This document shows, piece by piece, positions 16,737 to 26,134 of a DNA stretch of 64,000 nucleotides. The stretch is from a virus, in the IMG/VR virus record IMGVR_UViG_3300035183_001040, positions 10,761 to 74,760 of that record; one strand, written 5' to 3'. How positions within the stretch are numbered: the stretch's first letter is position 1; each line of letters starts with the position of its first letter. The notes under the pieces are model-generated. The model was not told the origin of the DNA, ran no database searches, and was given only the letters and a program-made list of their open reading frames with translations. The position numbers and the translations under genes are program-made.

Positions 16737-16993
16737 GCGAGCGCCTCGATTCTGCGCGCCAGCTCGCGAAGGTTTGCCAGAGCATCGCTGACCACTTTCA
16801 GCTTGGCCGTCTCAATCTTGGCGAGCGAATCTTCCTGGAAGACCACGTAGATCCACTTGTGCAGAGTTGCAGGCGACCATGCGCAAACCTCCACGCGATC
16901 GTCGTCGTGAATCTCTACGAGCAACCGAAACCCGGAGTCGAACTGCTTGCATCGCTGCACGAGGGCATCGATGGTGTCTGCGGTGTCGGTCAT
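16733..16993 (-). CDS. Hypothetical protein in lysis module
   Basis: MTDTADTIDALV...; ATGA coupling on both sides. Confidence 0.65.
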   Translation of the reverse strand: MTDTADTIDALVQRCKQFDSGFRLLVEIHDDDRVEVCAWSPATLHKWIYVVFQEDSLAKIETAKLKVVSDALANLRELARRIEALA

Positions 16994-17259
16994 TTCCCCG
17001 GCCCGTCCGGCGCGCCAGCATCGACCACGATCACGGTGCAGTTTCGTCGCCGCTCCGCCATCGCCTTGCGCTCCGCGATGAGTTTGAGCACATCGGGTAG
17101 CGCCTCGGCGCCGCAAACAAGCGCGATCTCCTCGGCCGGCATCCCGACGTGGTCGTCGATGCACTCGATGATCTTGATCGCATCGCCGAGCCCCTCAGCC
17201 GTCTTGGCCGGGGTGCACGCGACGAGGGCGAGAGCGAGAGCAATCGTGCGAGCGGTCAT
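16990..17259 (-). CDS. Lipoprotein, possible o-spanin
   Basis: MTARTIALALALVAC lipobox; next to holin-like gene. Confidence 0.6.
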   Translation of the reverse strand: MTARTIALALALVACTPAKTAEGLGDAIKIIECIDDHVGMPAEEIALVCGAEALPDVLKLIAERKAMAERRRNCTVIVVDAGAPDGPGK

Positions 17260-17483
17260 TGCAGGTCCTCCTTCTTGGGTTTGGGTGCTACGTCCTCCTC
17301 GGGGTTCGGCGACGGGCTTGCGCCGTACGAAACCGGAGGAAGGTGCAAGCCGAACAAGCCGAGCACGCCTGCGGCGGCGAGCACGTACGAGCGCCATTCG
17401 GGGCGAAGTTGGATGATCGTTGCGGCGGCCGCGCTGAGCATCGCGACCAGAAGCTGCCGCCAGTTTTGCTTGAGCCAGGTCAT
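17256..17483 (-). CDS. Holin-like small membrane protein
   Basis: 75 aa, two hydrophobic segments, charged C-terminus. Confidence 0.6.
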   Translation of the reverse strand: MTWLKQNWRQLLVAMLSAAAATIIQLRPEWRSYVLAAAGVLGLFGLHLPPVSYGASPSPNPEEDVAPKPKKEDLQ

Positions 17484-17498
17484 GGCGCGAAGCGTACC

Positions 17499-17882
17499 TC
17501 AGAACGACAGACCAGCAACGTGAAACTTGCCCTCCGCAACGCCGGCGGCGTCCCCAGTCGCAGTCCAGTAGAAGAGCCAGTCGCCCGCAACCGAGACCGG
17601 GATGCTCGCGGTGAACCTCCCCGTGCTGTCTTTGACAATCTGCGGGTCCACGCCGAAGGTGTAGAGCGTGACGACACCGACAGGATCTCGCGTGCGCAAG
17701 GTAAGCGTCGCAGGGTCGGTGAGCGTGCCGAAGCGGTCGCGCGTGACAAGGCAGATGCGCGCGACGTCTCCGACAACGAATCCCGAGGTTGCGTCTGAGC
17801 ACGCTGCTGTCATCGATGTGCCTGCGTTACCTGCCGTGACGAACGCGACCGGGCCTCGCCTGAAGACGGAAGTCTGGAGCAT
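17499..17882 (-). CDS. Ig-like/beta-rich putative virion protein
   Basis: DPATLTL...DP.G...DSTGRFTA...AGDWLFYW beta-sandwich pattern. Confidence 0.55.
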   Translation of the reverse strand: MLQTSVFRRGPVAFVTAGNAGTSMTAACSDATSGFVVGDVARICLVTRDRFGTLTDPATLTLRTRDPVGVVTLYTFGVDPQIVKDSTGRFTASIPVSVAGDWLFYWTATGDAAGVAEGKFHVAGLSF

Positions 17883-17888
17883 CGAACG

Positions 17889-18137
17889 TCACGTGTCCAC
17901 TGCTTCCGCCTCGTCGAGTTCGCTCGGCGACGGAGGGCGTAGTGTTTCGAGCGCGCCGTTCTGCGCCACCTCTTTCAGGCTTCTTGCCGCTTCCTGTAGC
18001 TTCCTCGATGCTTGCAGGAGTTTCGCGCACGCAGCATCATGCTGCTCGTCTGGCTTGACCTCGGAGGCGGATTTCGGCGGCACCGACTTCGCCGTCTGGT
18101 CGAGCGCGGGGAAACTGGAACTTGCCATGGTTCTCAC
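17889..18137 (-). CDS. Hypothetical protein
   Basis: Coupled ORF in operon. Confidence 0.55.
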   Translation of the reverse strand: MRTMASSSFPALDQTAKSVPPKSASEVKPDEQHDAACAKLLQASRKLQEAARSLKEVAQNGALETLRPPSPSELDEAEAVDT

Positions 18138-18421
18138 CTCGTTCGTCTGGTTTGGTACTCAGAGATCAAGACCTGAAGCTTTTCCCTGAGGTCGTTCATA
18201 GCCTCTGCTTCCGTTTCCATGGCCTTGGTCATGCTGACGAGGGCCTCGGTGCACTTGCGCACGTCCGAGAGCCGTGACTCGTGAAGCGCCGCGATGATCG
18301 CGTCCTTCGATTCGAGTTTGCGCCAGAGGATGATGACCGTTAGGCCGAGGAAGATGATGATCGCACCGGCTCCCCCGAGCTTGAGTAGTTCGTTCGCTGC
18401 AACGACTGCGGGAGGGTCCAT
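18134..18421 (-). CDS. Single-TM coiled-coil membrane protein (holin or i-spanin-like)
   Basis: GAIIIFLGLTVIILWRK followed by a coiled coil. Confidence 0.65.
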   Translation of the reverse strand: MDPPAVVAANELLKLGGAGAIIIFLGLTVIILWRKLESKDAIIAALHESRLSDVRKCTEALVSMTKAMETEAEAMNDLREKLQVLISEYQTRRTR

Positions 18422-18429
18422 GGGTAGGG

Positions 18430-18840
18430 CTAAGGCAGCTGTACTGCGGGTTCGATGATGAAGGGGCTGATTGGTATGACGGCGTCTCGTTTACCTGACT
18501 GCGTGAGCCACACGTCGTACACGTAGACGGCGGGCGGAATGTTGGTCGAGAGCGTATCGGATGGCGTGAACGTGAACTCCCCGATTCCGTCCGCTGCTGC
18601 CGTAAGCGTTGCCGTTTTGGCGATCAGGGGCGGAACGTCGCCCGACTTTCGCTTCACCTGCAGAGCAAGGCTTGCTGCTCCCGTCCGCAGGTCTGCCTTG
18701 GTGCCGTTTGCGTGAAACACCTGCACACGGATCGTAACGTCGGCACCTTTCTGGACGCGGACTGCCTTGCGTGGATTCTGCGGCAAGAAGTCCGCCCGTA
18801 TCGCACCGTCTTCCAGTACTCCGACGAGGTAAATCAGCAT
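18430..18840 (-). CDS. BppU-N-like tail/baseplate accessory protein
   Basis: KGADVTIRVQV...GIGEFTFTPSDT...YVYDVWLT pattern. Confidence 0.6.
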   Translation of the reverse strand: MLIYLVGVLEDGAIRADFLPQNPRKAVRVQKGADVTIRVQVFHANGTKADLRTGAASLALQVKRKSGDVPPLIAKTATLTAAADGIGEFTFTPSDTLSTNIPPAVYVYDVWLTQSGKRDAVIPISPFIIEPAVQLP

Positions 18841-18847
18841 CCTTCCC

Positions 18848-19603
18848 TCAATAGTGCCCGTATCGAGAGCGAAGATATTGCTCGCACTGTTGGTTCTTCG
18901 ACGAGTCGACCCCAGTCACCATAAGAAACTCCGCGACCTTGTTTCCTGCGTTACTTGACCCGCTGAAGTTTGCTCCGAGTACGGTAAAGGTATTGCTCTG
19001 CAAGGTCCCAGGGTCGTTTGCGATTACGCTCACTGTGAACTCGTTCGGCCCGTTGTTCAGAAACCCTTTGTGCCCTACATGGGTACCGTCAAACTCGACG
19101 CGCAGAGTCTTTACCCCGGAGAATACCCCCCACGTTGGGTTTGTATGGTTCCAATTGCTGTGCCCCGTACCGCCTCGCATGTCCACATGCGTCGACGAAG
19201 AGACAATGTTCGTGTCCCCGCGTAGGTAATCCCTGCCATTGCCGCGCATCCAAAAGTAGCTTCCCGCGGTCGTCAATCCGGTGCACACTTCGAAGACTGT
19301 ATATGCCCCATCCCCGAGGTAATTCCCGGTGTGCAACCAGTCATTCACGCCGTCGAACTGCAGCGATGGCTTGCCGCCAAACGCAGGATCCGAAGCGATG
19401 TAGAGGGGCTGTTGCGACGCGGTCGCGTTCACCAGATTCCGCGCAGGGTCGTTGTTTCCGCTTTGGTCTACCCACTGCGCTACGGTGCCTCCGTTGAGCA
19501 CGATGCCGAGGTCGGACCGATACCAAACCTGTAGCGCTGAACCGAAGATTGCGATCGGGTCCGACACCGGAACAGCGGCCATTCCAATGAGCCGACCGAA
19601 CAT
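18848..19603 (-). CDS. LamG/concanavalin-like tail receptor-binding protein
   Basis: VWYRSDLG...VAQWVDQSGN...QPLY...FDGVNDWL...EQYLRSRYG; start ATG 19603. Confidence 0.7.
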   Translation of the reverse strand: MFGRLIGMAAVPVSDPIAIFGSALQVWYRSDLGIVLNGGTVAQWVDQSGNNDPARNLVNATASQQPLYIASDPAFGGKPSLQFDGVNDWLHTGNYLGDGAYTVFEVCTGLTTAGSYFWMRGNGRDYLRGDTNIVSSSTHVDMRGGTGHSNWNHTNPTWGVFSGVKTLRVEFDGTHVGHKGFLNNGPNEFTVSVIANDPGTLQSNTFTVLGANFSGSSNAGNKVAEFLMVTGVDSSKNQQCEQYLRSRYGHY

Positions 19604-20451
19604 TACGGAGCCACCTCCACGATCTGAATCACGCCGAACCACTGGATCGTCGTCGCGGCCTTGCCGGTCACGCGCACGCGCCCCGTCGTGCCGTTGTTGT
19701 CGATCGTGCAATCCCACGCCGGATCGTCCTCGTCCGTTTCGATATTGACGAGCGCTCCGGGGACTGGGCCGAGCGTACCGTACCTGAATCGCCGCTTGAG
19801 CTTGTAGCTCGCGCCTTGTGAGGCGTCGCTCTTGATCGCGGTGACGAGCGCATCGACGACCGTCTGCCCGGGTGAGAGCGTCCACGTGAAGAGGTCTGTC
19901 ACGGTCGCGTCAACCGTCTGCACGTTGCGGTTGCGCGTGCGCACCGTGCCTTTCGCGTTGCCGACGTAGTCGAAGTCGTTGGCGGAGACCTGTACGAGCC
20001 CACCGTTTACCGCAGGAAACGCGCCGGTCAGAAACGAAATCTCGTTCAGCCAGCTTTCCATGAACGGCGCCCAGCCGCGCGTCTGCCCGTTGATGTTCAG
20101 TTCCCCGGCCGCTGCGTCGAAGGGTGGGATGATGCGGTTGAAGACGTCCCGAACGAGCGCGCAGCGGACGTCCACCGACGTGTTGCCGTTCGCGTCTGTC
20201 GTGGTCAGCCGCACGCGGTACCCATACGGCTTGTCCGGCGTGAAGGTGACCGATTGCGTTGTGCCCATCACCCCTGTCGGCACGGAGGAGCCGGGGGGCA
20301 CGTCGAGCATCTCCCAGAGCCAGGTGACGGTTGCGGGCGGTCCGACGTTGTCCGTGTTCTTGCACGTGATGGGAACGTTCAGCGTTGCGTCGATTGCCCT
20401 TCCTCCCGGCGGGAGGTTGGCACCTTGCTCGAACTTGATGAGCGCGCTCAT
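19603..20451 (-). CDS. Tail fibre/structural protein with PKD-like N-terminus
   Basis: TWLWEMLDVPPGS...TFTPDKPYGYRVRL; start ATG 20451. Confidence 0.65.
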   Translation of the reverse strand: MSALIKFEQGANLPPGGRAIDATLNVPITCKNTDNVGPPATVTWLWEMLDVPPGSSVPTGVMGTTQSVTFTPDKPYGYRVRLTTTDANGNTSVDVRCALVRDVFNRIIPPFDAAAGELNINGQTRGWAPFMESWLNEISFLTGAFPAVNGGLVQVSANDFDYVGNAKGTVRTRNRNVQTVDATVTDLFTWTLSPGQTVVDALVTAIKSDASQGASYKLKRRFRYGTLGPVPGALVNIETDEDDPAWDCTIDNNGTTGRVRVTGKAATTIQWFGVIQIVEVAP

Positions 20452-20455
20452 AGAC

Positions 20456-22075
20456 CTACTCCGCCCTGCCGAAGTCCCATCCGTGGATCTGCATCGTGGT
20501 GCTCGCCGGCACACCGAGACCGCTCGACCAGGTCAAAACGATGTCCCGAGTCGCAGGAGAGGAGTTCGGATAGTCGGGGACGATCGGAATCCGCGCCGTG
20601 AACCCCCAGAATGGCGTCATGGGAGCCGCAGTTGGGTTGGCAAGGGTTGTGACGTGGACGATCTGCGAGCCGACTGTGTTTCCGGAAGCGTCCTTCACGG
20701 AAAGCACCACGGTGTTGGTCACCGCGCTGTTTGCAGGCAGAGAACCCGCAGCCTCCGTTATTGAAATCGTCGCCAGAATGGCTTTCGCGCCTGCCGGAAC
20801 GCGCACGTTGTCCGAGAGCGTGAACGTAGCCGTGCTCACACCGACAGAGGATGCGTTGAACGCCGGAGGTCCTATCTGGCTCAGTTGCATACTGCCGTCG
20901 ATCGTGAGCGCCTGCGGCACGCCAGCGCCGTTCGTCCTGCCGCACGCGATGAGCACGGCGGAAAAGTTTGGTATGATGCCCGGGTCGAGCCCGCACGACG
21001 CAGGCAGGTTGATCGCAGCAGATGGCGTGCCGTCCCTGTTCGGGGGCACGCTTGTGTAAACAGGAATCCCGCGCGGAGACCTTGGAAATCGCGGCTGCCC
21101 CGGGGCCCAGTAACGCGCCCACCGCGGAAGGCCGTTTGGCGTAACGAGGTAGACGTAGTAGAACGCGTTGCCACCAGGAACCTGGCCCGTCGCCTGATTG
21201 TCTGCGGCTCGAAGGTCGATTTGGTCTGCGTCCGCAGCCGCGCCTCCTGGCCGCAGACGCCCGCCGAGCCGTCTGCCTCCTGAAACATGCACGCCGGTCA
21301 CATCGAAGTCGCCCGACAGGAAGGTGTTCGTAGGGGACACGAACGCATGCCCGAACGCACGCACACCCTTCGACCAGAACCTCTTGATGTTGAACGGCGG
21401 GTGAATGCGGTCGGTTAGAAGCGGTCGCACATCCCAGAAAATGGCGTCATCGGTCGTCGTTCCGCCGGCTTTCATCGAGGCGACGGCGAGCGGGAGCCAT
21501 CCTTGCGCGACTCCGACGCTCGCAAACCCACCGCCCACTGTTCCAGTCCGCACGCGGTAACTGAGGCGACCTTCGCGCGCCTTGGTCACGAGCGCCGCGC
21601 TGAACGTTCCGGTGACCGGGTTGAAGATGTCGCGGTTGTCGGTCTCCGTCGTCGTTTCGGACCACGAGCACTCGATGACGGAAATCACGGGCGCCGCACC
21701 GCCGTTCGGCGGGATAGTCAGCGTTCCGATGGTACTGACTCCAGGGTCGTCGACGAACTTGTAGTCCGAGTCGTCCACGCCGCCGTCTGGGTTGAGGAAC
21801 ATGGCCCGCCCGGGGCTAACCAGGACGCTGGAAGATGCGGGCTGGGGCTGCACCATAAGCCCGTCCAGAATCTCGGCCGAGACGGGCGTGCTGAGGCCCG
21901 TGTTAGGAATGGCGACGGCTGCAGCGTCGATGTCGTCGTATGCGTGAAACGTGTTGAAGAGCGCGCGAAGAAACTCCGCATCCATCTTGTCGCGGAAGTT
22001 CTGCTGCCTGTTGTGGTCCGCGCTGATGATTCGCTCCTCGTTGTTGAACACCAGCCGTTTCTTACCGCTCGACAT
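20456..22075 (-). CDS. Tail fibre/baseplate wedge structural protein
   Basis: 539 aa, G/P/T/V-rich, downstream of the baseplate genes. Confidence 0.65.
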   Translation of the reverse strand: MSSGKKRLVFNNEERIISADHNRQQNFRDKMDAEFLRALFNTFHAYDDIDAAAVAIPNTGLSTPVSAEILDGLMVQPQPASSSVLVSPGRAMFLNPDGGVDDSDYKFVDDPGVSTIGTLTIPPNGGAAPVISVIECSWSETTTETDNRDIFNPVTGTFSAALVTKAREGRLSYRVRTGTVGGGFASVGVAQGWLPLAVASMKAGGTTTDDAIFWDVRPLLTDRIHPPFNIKRFWSKGVRAFGHAFVSPTNTFLSGDFDVTGVHVSGGRRLGGRLRPGGAAADADQIDLRAADNQATGQVPGGNAFYYVYLVTPNGLPRWARYWAPGQPRFPRSPRGIPVYTSVPPNRDGTPSAAINLPASCGLDPGIIPNFSAVLIACGRTNGAGVPQALTIDGSMQLSQIGPPAFNASSVGVSTATFTLSDNVRVPAGAKAILATISITEAAGSLPANSAVTNTVVLSVKDASGNTVGSQIVHVTTLANPTAAPMTPFWGFTARIPIVPDYPNSSPATRDIVLTWSSGLGVPASTTMQIHGWDFGRAE

Positions 22076-22092
22076 GTCTCACCTCTGGTTTA

Positions 22093-23463
22093 TCACGGGC
22101 ACCCGATGTCCTCAAAGTACAGGTCGAAGCCGACGCCAGCTGCCTTGATTGCCGAAACCTGTGAGAACACGGACGCGTAGAATTTGCTTGCGGCGCTCGC
22201 GAACCCATCCATGAAGTTCGGGTACTTGGAGTTCTGGGTGTCGTAGGCGTTGAAAGGATGCGTGTCGTAGCAGACGCCGAACTCTCCATCGCTGAGGCGT
22301 GGCACACCTATCAGGAAGAACCCGCGGAACGATGCGTAGTCGAACTGAAGTCGGAACCTGCGCGGGTTGATCACGGACGCGGTCGAAACGACGGATGTCG
22401 GGTCGAACCGCGCTCCCGATTGCGTACCGACCACGCTGTATCCCGCACCTGCCTTCTTTTGGCTGCCGGAGTTCTTCGGGACGAAGAAGAGCCGAGTGTT
22501 CGCGTTCTGCAACTGCCCGAAGTACCCGATGCCGATGGTAAGGTTCTGCGGGTCACGAAGCTCGATGACCTCTCCGCTCAGGAACCCCGGCACAACGAGT
22601 GCGCCGTCGAAGACGATGACGTTCTCGTCGTAGAAGTCGCTCAAGGGAACTGCAGCAGGTGACCCCGACACCCTGTCGCCGTCGTAGAAGGCGCCACGGA
22701 GAAGAAGCGAGCCGACTTCGCGGAAGCAGAAGGTGTTGACGCCTCCGATCGAGTTGAGCAGGCGGATGATGGCTCCAGGGCTTACGACATCGGGGAGGCT
22801 CCGGATCTTGAAGCGGTAGAGATCGATGGGTTCGCCTGCGTACTCGATGCCGCGGTCGTGGCCGAGCGATTCGAGCATCGCACTTCGCCCGCCCGTTGTC
22901 GGCGACGGTTGCGAAACGACAAAACTCGTGTCGGCGAAGACCGGTACGGTGACGAGTTTGCTGAACTGGTTGATTTCGCCTGGCAGCACCTCGCCGTTTG
23001 CTGCGGTGACTTGCCCAGGAACGTTGTACTCGAACCCCGTCGCGACCGCCGTTACAGAGACCGTGTGCGGACCGAGGTCCGCAGCACCGAACGCAACGTC
23101 CTGGTCGAGTTGGAACTCGCGGCCGTCGCTTGTCGAAACGAGCGAGCCTGCGGAAATCGTAACCGCCCCTGCGGCAGCCGTCGGGCGGGTAATTGAGATG
23201 GTACCTTTCGCCTTCGCCCCGAGCAAGGAGAAGACGATGATCGAGTCGCAGTCGAGCTCGGAGGCTGCGGACGAGATCCGCTCGCCCATCTTGCTCATGG
23301 CCTGGAAGAGCTCGTAACCGCTGTTCGGCGTGGTCTTGAGCGGGAGCAGGTATCCCAAGGGATAGGAGCGGTCGAAAAGGCGCAGGAAGTACGCCTGGTC
23401 GAGCGAGGTGCAGTCACTCGGCTCGACGCCGCCTGAAATCGGGTACTGGGTCGGTTCGGTCAC
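22093..23463 (-). CDS. Baseplate wedge protein (J-like N-terminal part)
   Basis: AKGTISITR...ISAGSLVSTSDGREF...A..TG..YNV...TTGG recalls baseplate J. Confidence 0.7.
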   Translation of the reverse strand: MTEPTQYPISGGVEPSDCTSLDQAYFLRLFDRSYPLGYLLPLKTTPNSGYELFQAMSKMGERISSAASELDCDSIIVFSLLGAKAKGTISITRPTAAAGAVTISAGSLVSTSDGREFQLDQDVAFGAADLGPHTVSVTAVATGFEYNVPGQVTAANGEVLPGEINQFSKLVTVPVFADTSFVVSQPSPTTGGRSAMLESLGHDRGIEYAGEPIDLYRFKIRSLPDVVSPGAIIRLLNSIGGVNTFCFREVGSLLLRGAFYDGDRVSGSPAAVPLSDFYDENVIVFDGALVVPGFLSGEVIELRDPQNLTIGIGYFGQLQNANTRLFFVPKNSGSQKKAGAGYSVVGTQSGARFDPTSVVSTASVINPRRFRLQFDYASFRGFFLIGVPRLSDGEFGVCYDTHPFNAYDTQNSKYPNFMDGFASAASKFYASVFSQVSAIKAAGVGFDLYFEDIGCP

Positions 23464-24614
23464 GTTCCGCTCACAACGACAAGACTGAGGGAGGTACGGA
23501 AGACCTGAAGCGTCTCGGCAACGACGTCTCCGGCAGGTGCCAGAATCTCGTTGCCTGTAAGGTGCAGGCCGACGATGGGCTCCAGCGCAGCTTGCGCATC
23601 CGCGCGCACGAACTTTTGCCCAGGGCTGAGTCCGTTGACGTAGCCGATGATCGCCGAGCGCGCTGCGAGAGCTACAGCGGCCGTGTCCACGCCGGAAAGG
23701 AACGTCAAGCCGAGCGAGACACCGAGCAGAACGACCTGAGCCACGACGACATTGACGTAGATGCCCGCGGCGCGCACGTCCGTGAGCGCCGAGCTGATAT
23801 CGCCGGCAAGAACCTGGCTTTGGGCTTGGTACGAAGGCGGGGTAGGAGAGACGGAAACGAGCACGTCGGTGAAGGCGTCGGCGACGACAAGTTCGACGAA
23901 TCGCGCAGGCCGCCCGCCAGAGTCAATCGCCTCGAAGGCCGTGGCGCGCCTGACTCCCGGCACCGCGAGCGCTCCTTGCTCGATTGCGCGAAGAGTGCCG
24001 CGCCGCGCAGTCGTGAAGAACAGCCGCGCGCGGTTGCGCAGGTCCTCGTCCGACTCCTCGTTGTCCGCGCCCGCCGATGCGAGTGCATTGGTGACTTTCA
24101 GGTCGGGCGGAGACCCCAAAGGGACATCAACGATGCTGGTGATGGTGTTCGCCGCAACCTGCTGGTCCAAGCCAGCCTTGACAGACCGAACCGGGACCGG
24201 AGCGATACTTGTCGCGCCGCCGGGGTAGTTCGCCGCGGCGACTGTTTGCCACATCCTGCCGTCTACGGTTTGAAGGCGCGTGCCTACGGGAATCGAGAAG
24301 GGGCCGGGCGCCGGAGAAGCGGTGTAGAAGGTCACGCTGGTTTGCGCGACGGAGGCAGGCTTGCGCGTGAGGCCGTAGCGGTCGAAAACGAGACGGTCGA
24401 GTTTGCGGCCTTGCGCTGAGTCGAGGAACAGGCTTGCCTCGATTGCGATAAGCTGCCCTGTCACCTCGTCGCCTACGGCAGCGATGCCGCTCGTGATGGC
24501 GTTGGCGTCGCTCCCTTCGCGCTCGATGATGGTGCGAGACAGGTTCGAGTTTCGTACCATCATTTCGTCGCGTGCGATGCGGAAGTGGTCTCGGAAGGTG
24601 GGAAAGTCGGCCAT
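23460..24614 (-). CDS. Baseplate J / Mu gp47-like protein
   Basis: SAQGRKLD...GLTRKPA...IPVGT...AGADNEESDEDLRNR...RGT..AI...ALAVPGV. Confidence 0.9.
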   Translation of the reverse strand: MADFPTFRDHFRIARDEMMVRNSNLSRTIIEREGSDANAITSGIAAVGDEVTGQLIAIEASLFLDSAQGRKLDRLVFDRYGLTRKPASVAQTSVTFYTASPAPGPFSIPVGTRLQTVDGRMWQTVAAANYPGGATSIAPVPVRSVKAGLDQQVAANTITSIVDVPLGSPPDLKVTNALASAGADNEESDEDLRNRARLFFTTARRGTLRAIEQGALAVPGVRRATAFEAIDSGGRPARFVELVVADAFTDVLVSVSPTPPSYQAQSQVLAGDISSALTDVRAAGIYVNVVVAQVVLLGVSLGLTFLSGVDTAAVALAARSAIIGYVNGLSPGQKFVRADAQAALEPIVGLHLTGNEILAPAGDVVAETLQVFRTSLSLVVVSGT

Positions 24615-24628
24615 GGCAGTGCCTCAAA

Positions 24629-25432
24629 TCATAGCTGCACGAAGGTGGTAGGAACGGGGATTGAAATCTGCACCTGTCCGTTCGTACGCGCGAGCGTCGC
24701 GCGCACCTCGACAGTAAGCACACCGTTCGAGCCGAGAGAGAGCTGCACGTCGACGGTTCCGAATTCTGGCTCTTGCTGAAGCTGCCGGATTGCTTCGGCG
24801 CGCAGAAGGTTCAGGTCGGCGACGCGCAAGGGTTCCTTCACCCGCAGGCCAAGGCCGTAGGACGGGTCGAGGAAGAAGAACTCGTTTGGGGCCGTGGTGA
24901 GGCGGCGGATGACAAGCTTGCGAAGCAGGCTCATGCCGGACTCGGTCGCGTAGTCGCCGCCTGGCAACACGCGCAGCGTTGCCGCGAAAGAATCGGGCGC
25001 GGTCTGGATGCTCGCGAGGTCCACGAGTCCTCCTTCCACCTCGGCCGGAACGGAGGCTTCGCAGCCGTCGAAGTCTGCATGGTCGGGAGATGTGATGAGG
25101 TTGCCGTTGGGGTCGACGAGCGTAGGGGCGGAGACGCGGTGCTTGATGAGCGCGGCGGCGAACTTCTTCAGCGTGTAGAGCTGAAACACGGTGCCGAGCG
25201 TGACTGGAAGAACGCCTAGAACCGTGAGTTCAGCGCCCGTATCCAGCCTCTGCACGTGCCAGGTGCGCGGGTTGAGCGCGTCGCCTTGGCCAATCGTGGA
25301 CAGGGCGCGCGGAGGCTTGGAGAGCTCGACGAGCACCACCCGGTCGCCGATGGCGATGGCCTGAACAACGTAGAGCGTCGCGGCCATCCCTCCGCCCCAA
25401 AGCGATCCCCAGCTGTTGCCGCCCCAACCCAT
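24629..25432 (-). CDS. Baseplate gp25/gpW-like protein with N-terminal extension
   Basis: C-terminal RRLTTAPNEFFFLDPSYGLGL...QLQQEP. Confidence 0.7.
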   Translation of the reverse strand: MGWGGNSWGSLWGGGMAATLYVVQAIAIGDRVVLVELSKPPRALSTIGQGDALNPRTWHVQRLDTGAELTVLGVLPVTLGTVFQLYTLKKFAAALIKHRVSAPTLVDPNGNLITSPDHADFDGCEASVPAEVEGGLVDLASIQTAPDSFAATLRVLPGGDYATESGMSLLRKLVIRRLTTAPNEFFFLDPSYGLGLRVKEPLRVADLNLLRAEAIRQLQQEPEFGTVDVQLSLGSNGVLTVEVRATLARTNGQVQISIPVPTTFVQL

Positions 25433-26134
25433 CTACGTCCCCTTCGCCTTTGTCGTTGCGATCGTTGCAAGCTGCGCCTGGATTGCCTGCTGCAGCACGG
25501 TAAGCGAAGATATCTTCGCGGCAGCATACTGAGCGTAGGTTGCCTGCGTGAGGTTATTGCTGATATCGGTAGAGATTTCGGTAAGCCACGCCGTAAGGAT
25601 TGCTAGAAGCTCCTGCGCGTGCACGAGAGGGCGCGCGGTTTGGTCGCCCACCTTCACGTCCGAAGCCGTGACCTCGACGGAGGCCCCGCCGGCGTCGATT
25701 TGCACCTTACCCCCGCCGGAGACGACGATGCGGCAGGTCTTCCCAGGCTCGACAACAAGTACCACGTCGGATGTGGGTTCGTTGCTCCCTCCGTCGAACT
25801 CCTTTGCCGGCTTGTCCGCAACACCCCACAGCTTTCGAACGATGACGGGGCCGAAGCCGGGTTCGCCGGAAGGCTGCACGACCACAACCGTGTCGCCCTT
25901 CTTGAGAGGCGCGAAGAGCCCGAAGCCGCTGCCAGCGTACTCCGTGCCGACAAGGCACGTCTCCTCCTCGCCCGAGGGCATATAGACGACGTCGGCGAAG
26001 ATGCCGTGGTCGGGGTCGAAGCCGAGCTCCTTGACCACGGCGAGCGTGCACCAGACGCGCGAGTCGACGTCCGGACGGCGCACGGCTGAAGACAGCCTTG
26101 CCACATCGATGCTTCTTCGAACCTTGCCTGCCAC
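25433..26134 (-). CDS. Baseplate central spike (gpV-like)
   Basis: YAGSGFGLFAPLKKGDTVVV..PSGEP..GPVI OB-fold motif. Confidence 0.75.
   Translation of the reverse strand: MAGKVRRSIDVARLSSAVRRPDVDSRVWCTLAVVKELGFDPDHGIFADVVYMPSGEEETCLVGTEYAGSGFGLFAPLKKGDTVVVVQPSGEPGFGPVIVRKLWGVADKPAKEFDGGSNEPTSDVVLVVEPGKTCRIVVSGGGKVQIDAGGASVEVTASDVKVGDQTARPLVHAQELLAILTAWLTEISTDISNNLTQATYAQYAAAKISSLTVLQQAIQAQLATIATTKAKGT

Noticed and set aside
18705-18720. gtttgcgtgaaac as a second parS
   Set aside because: One base short, imperfect, and inside a coding sequence.
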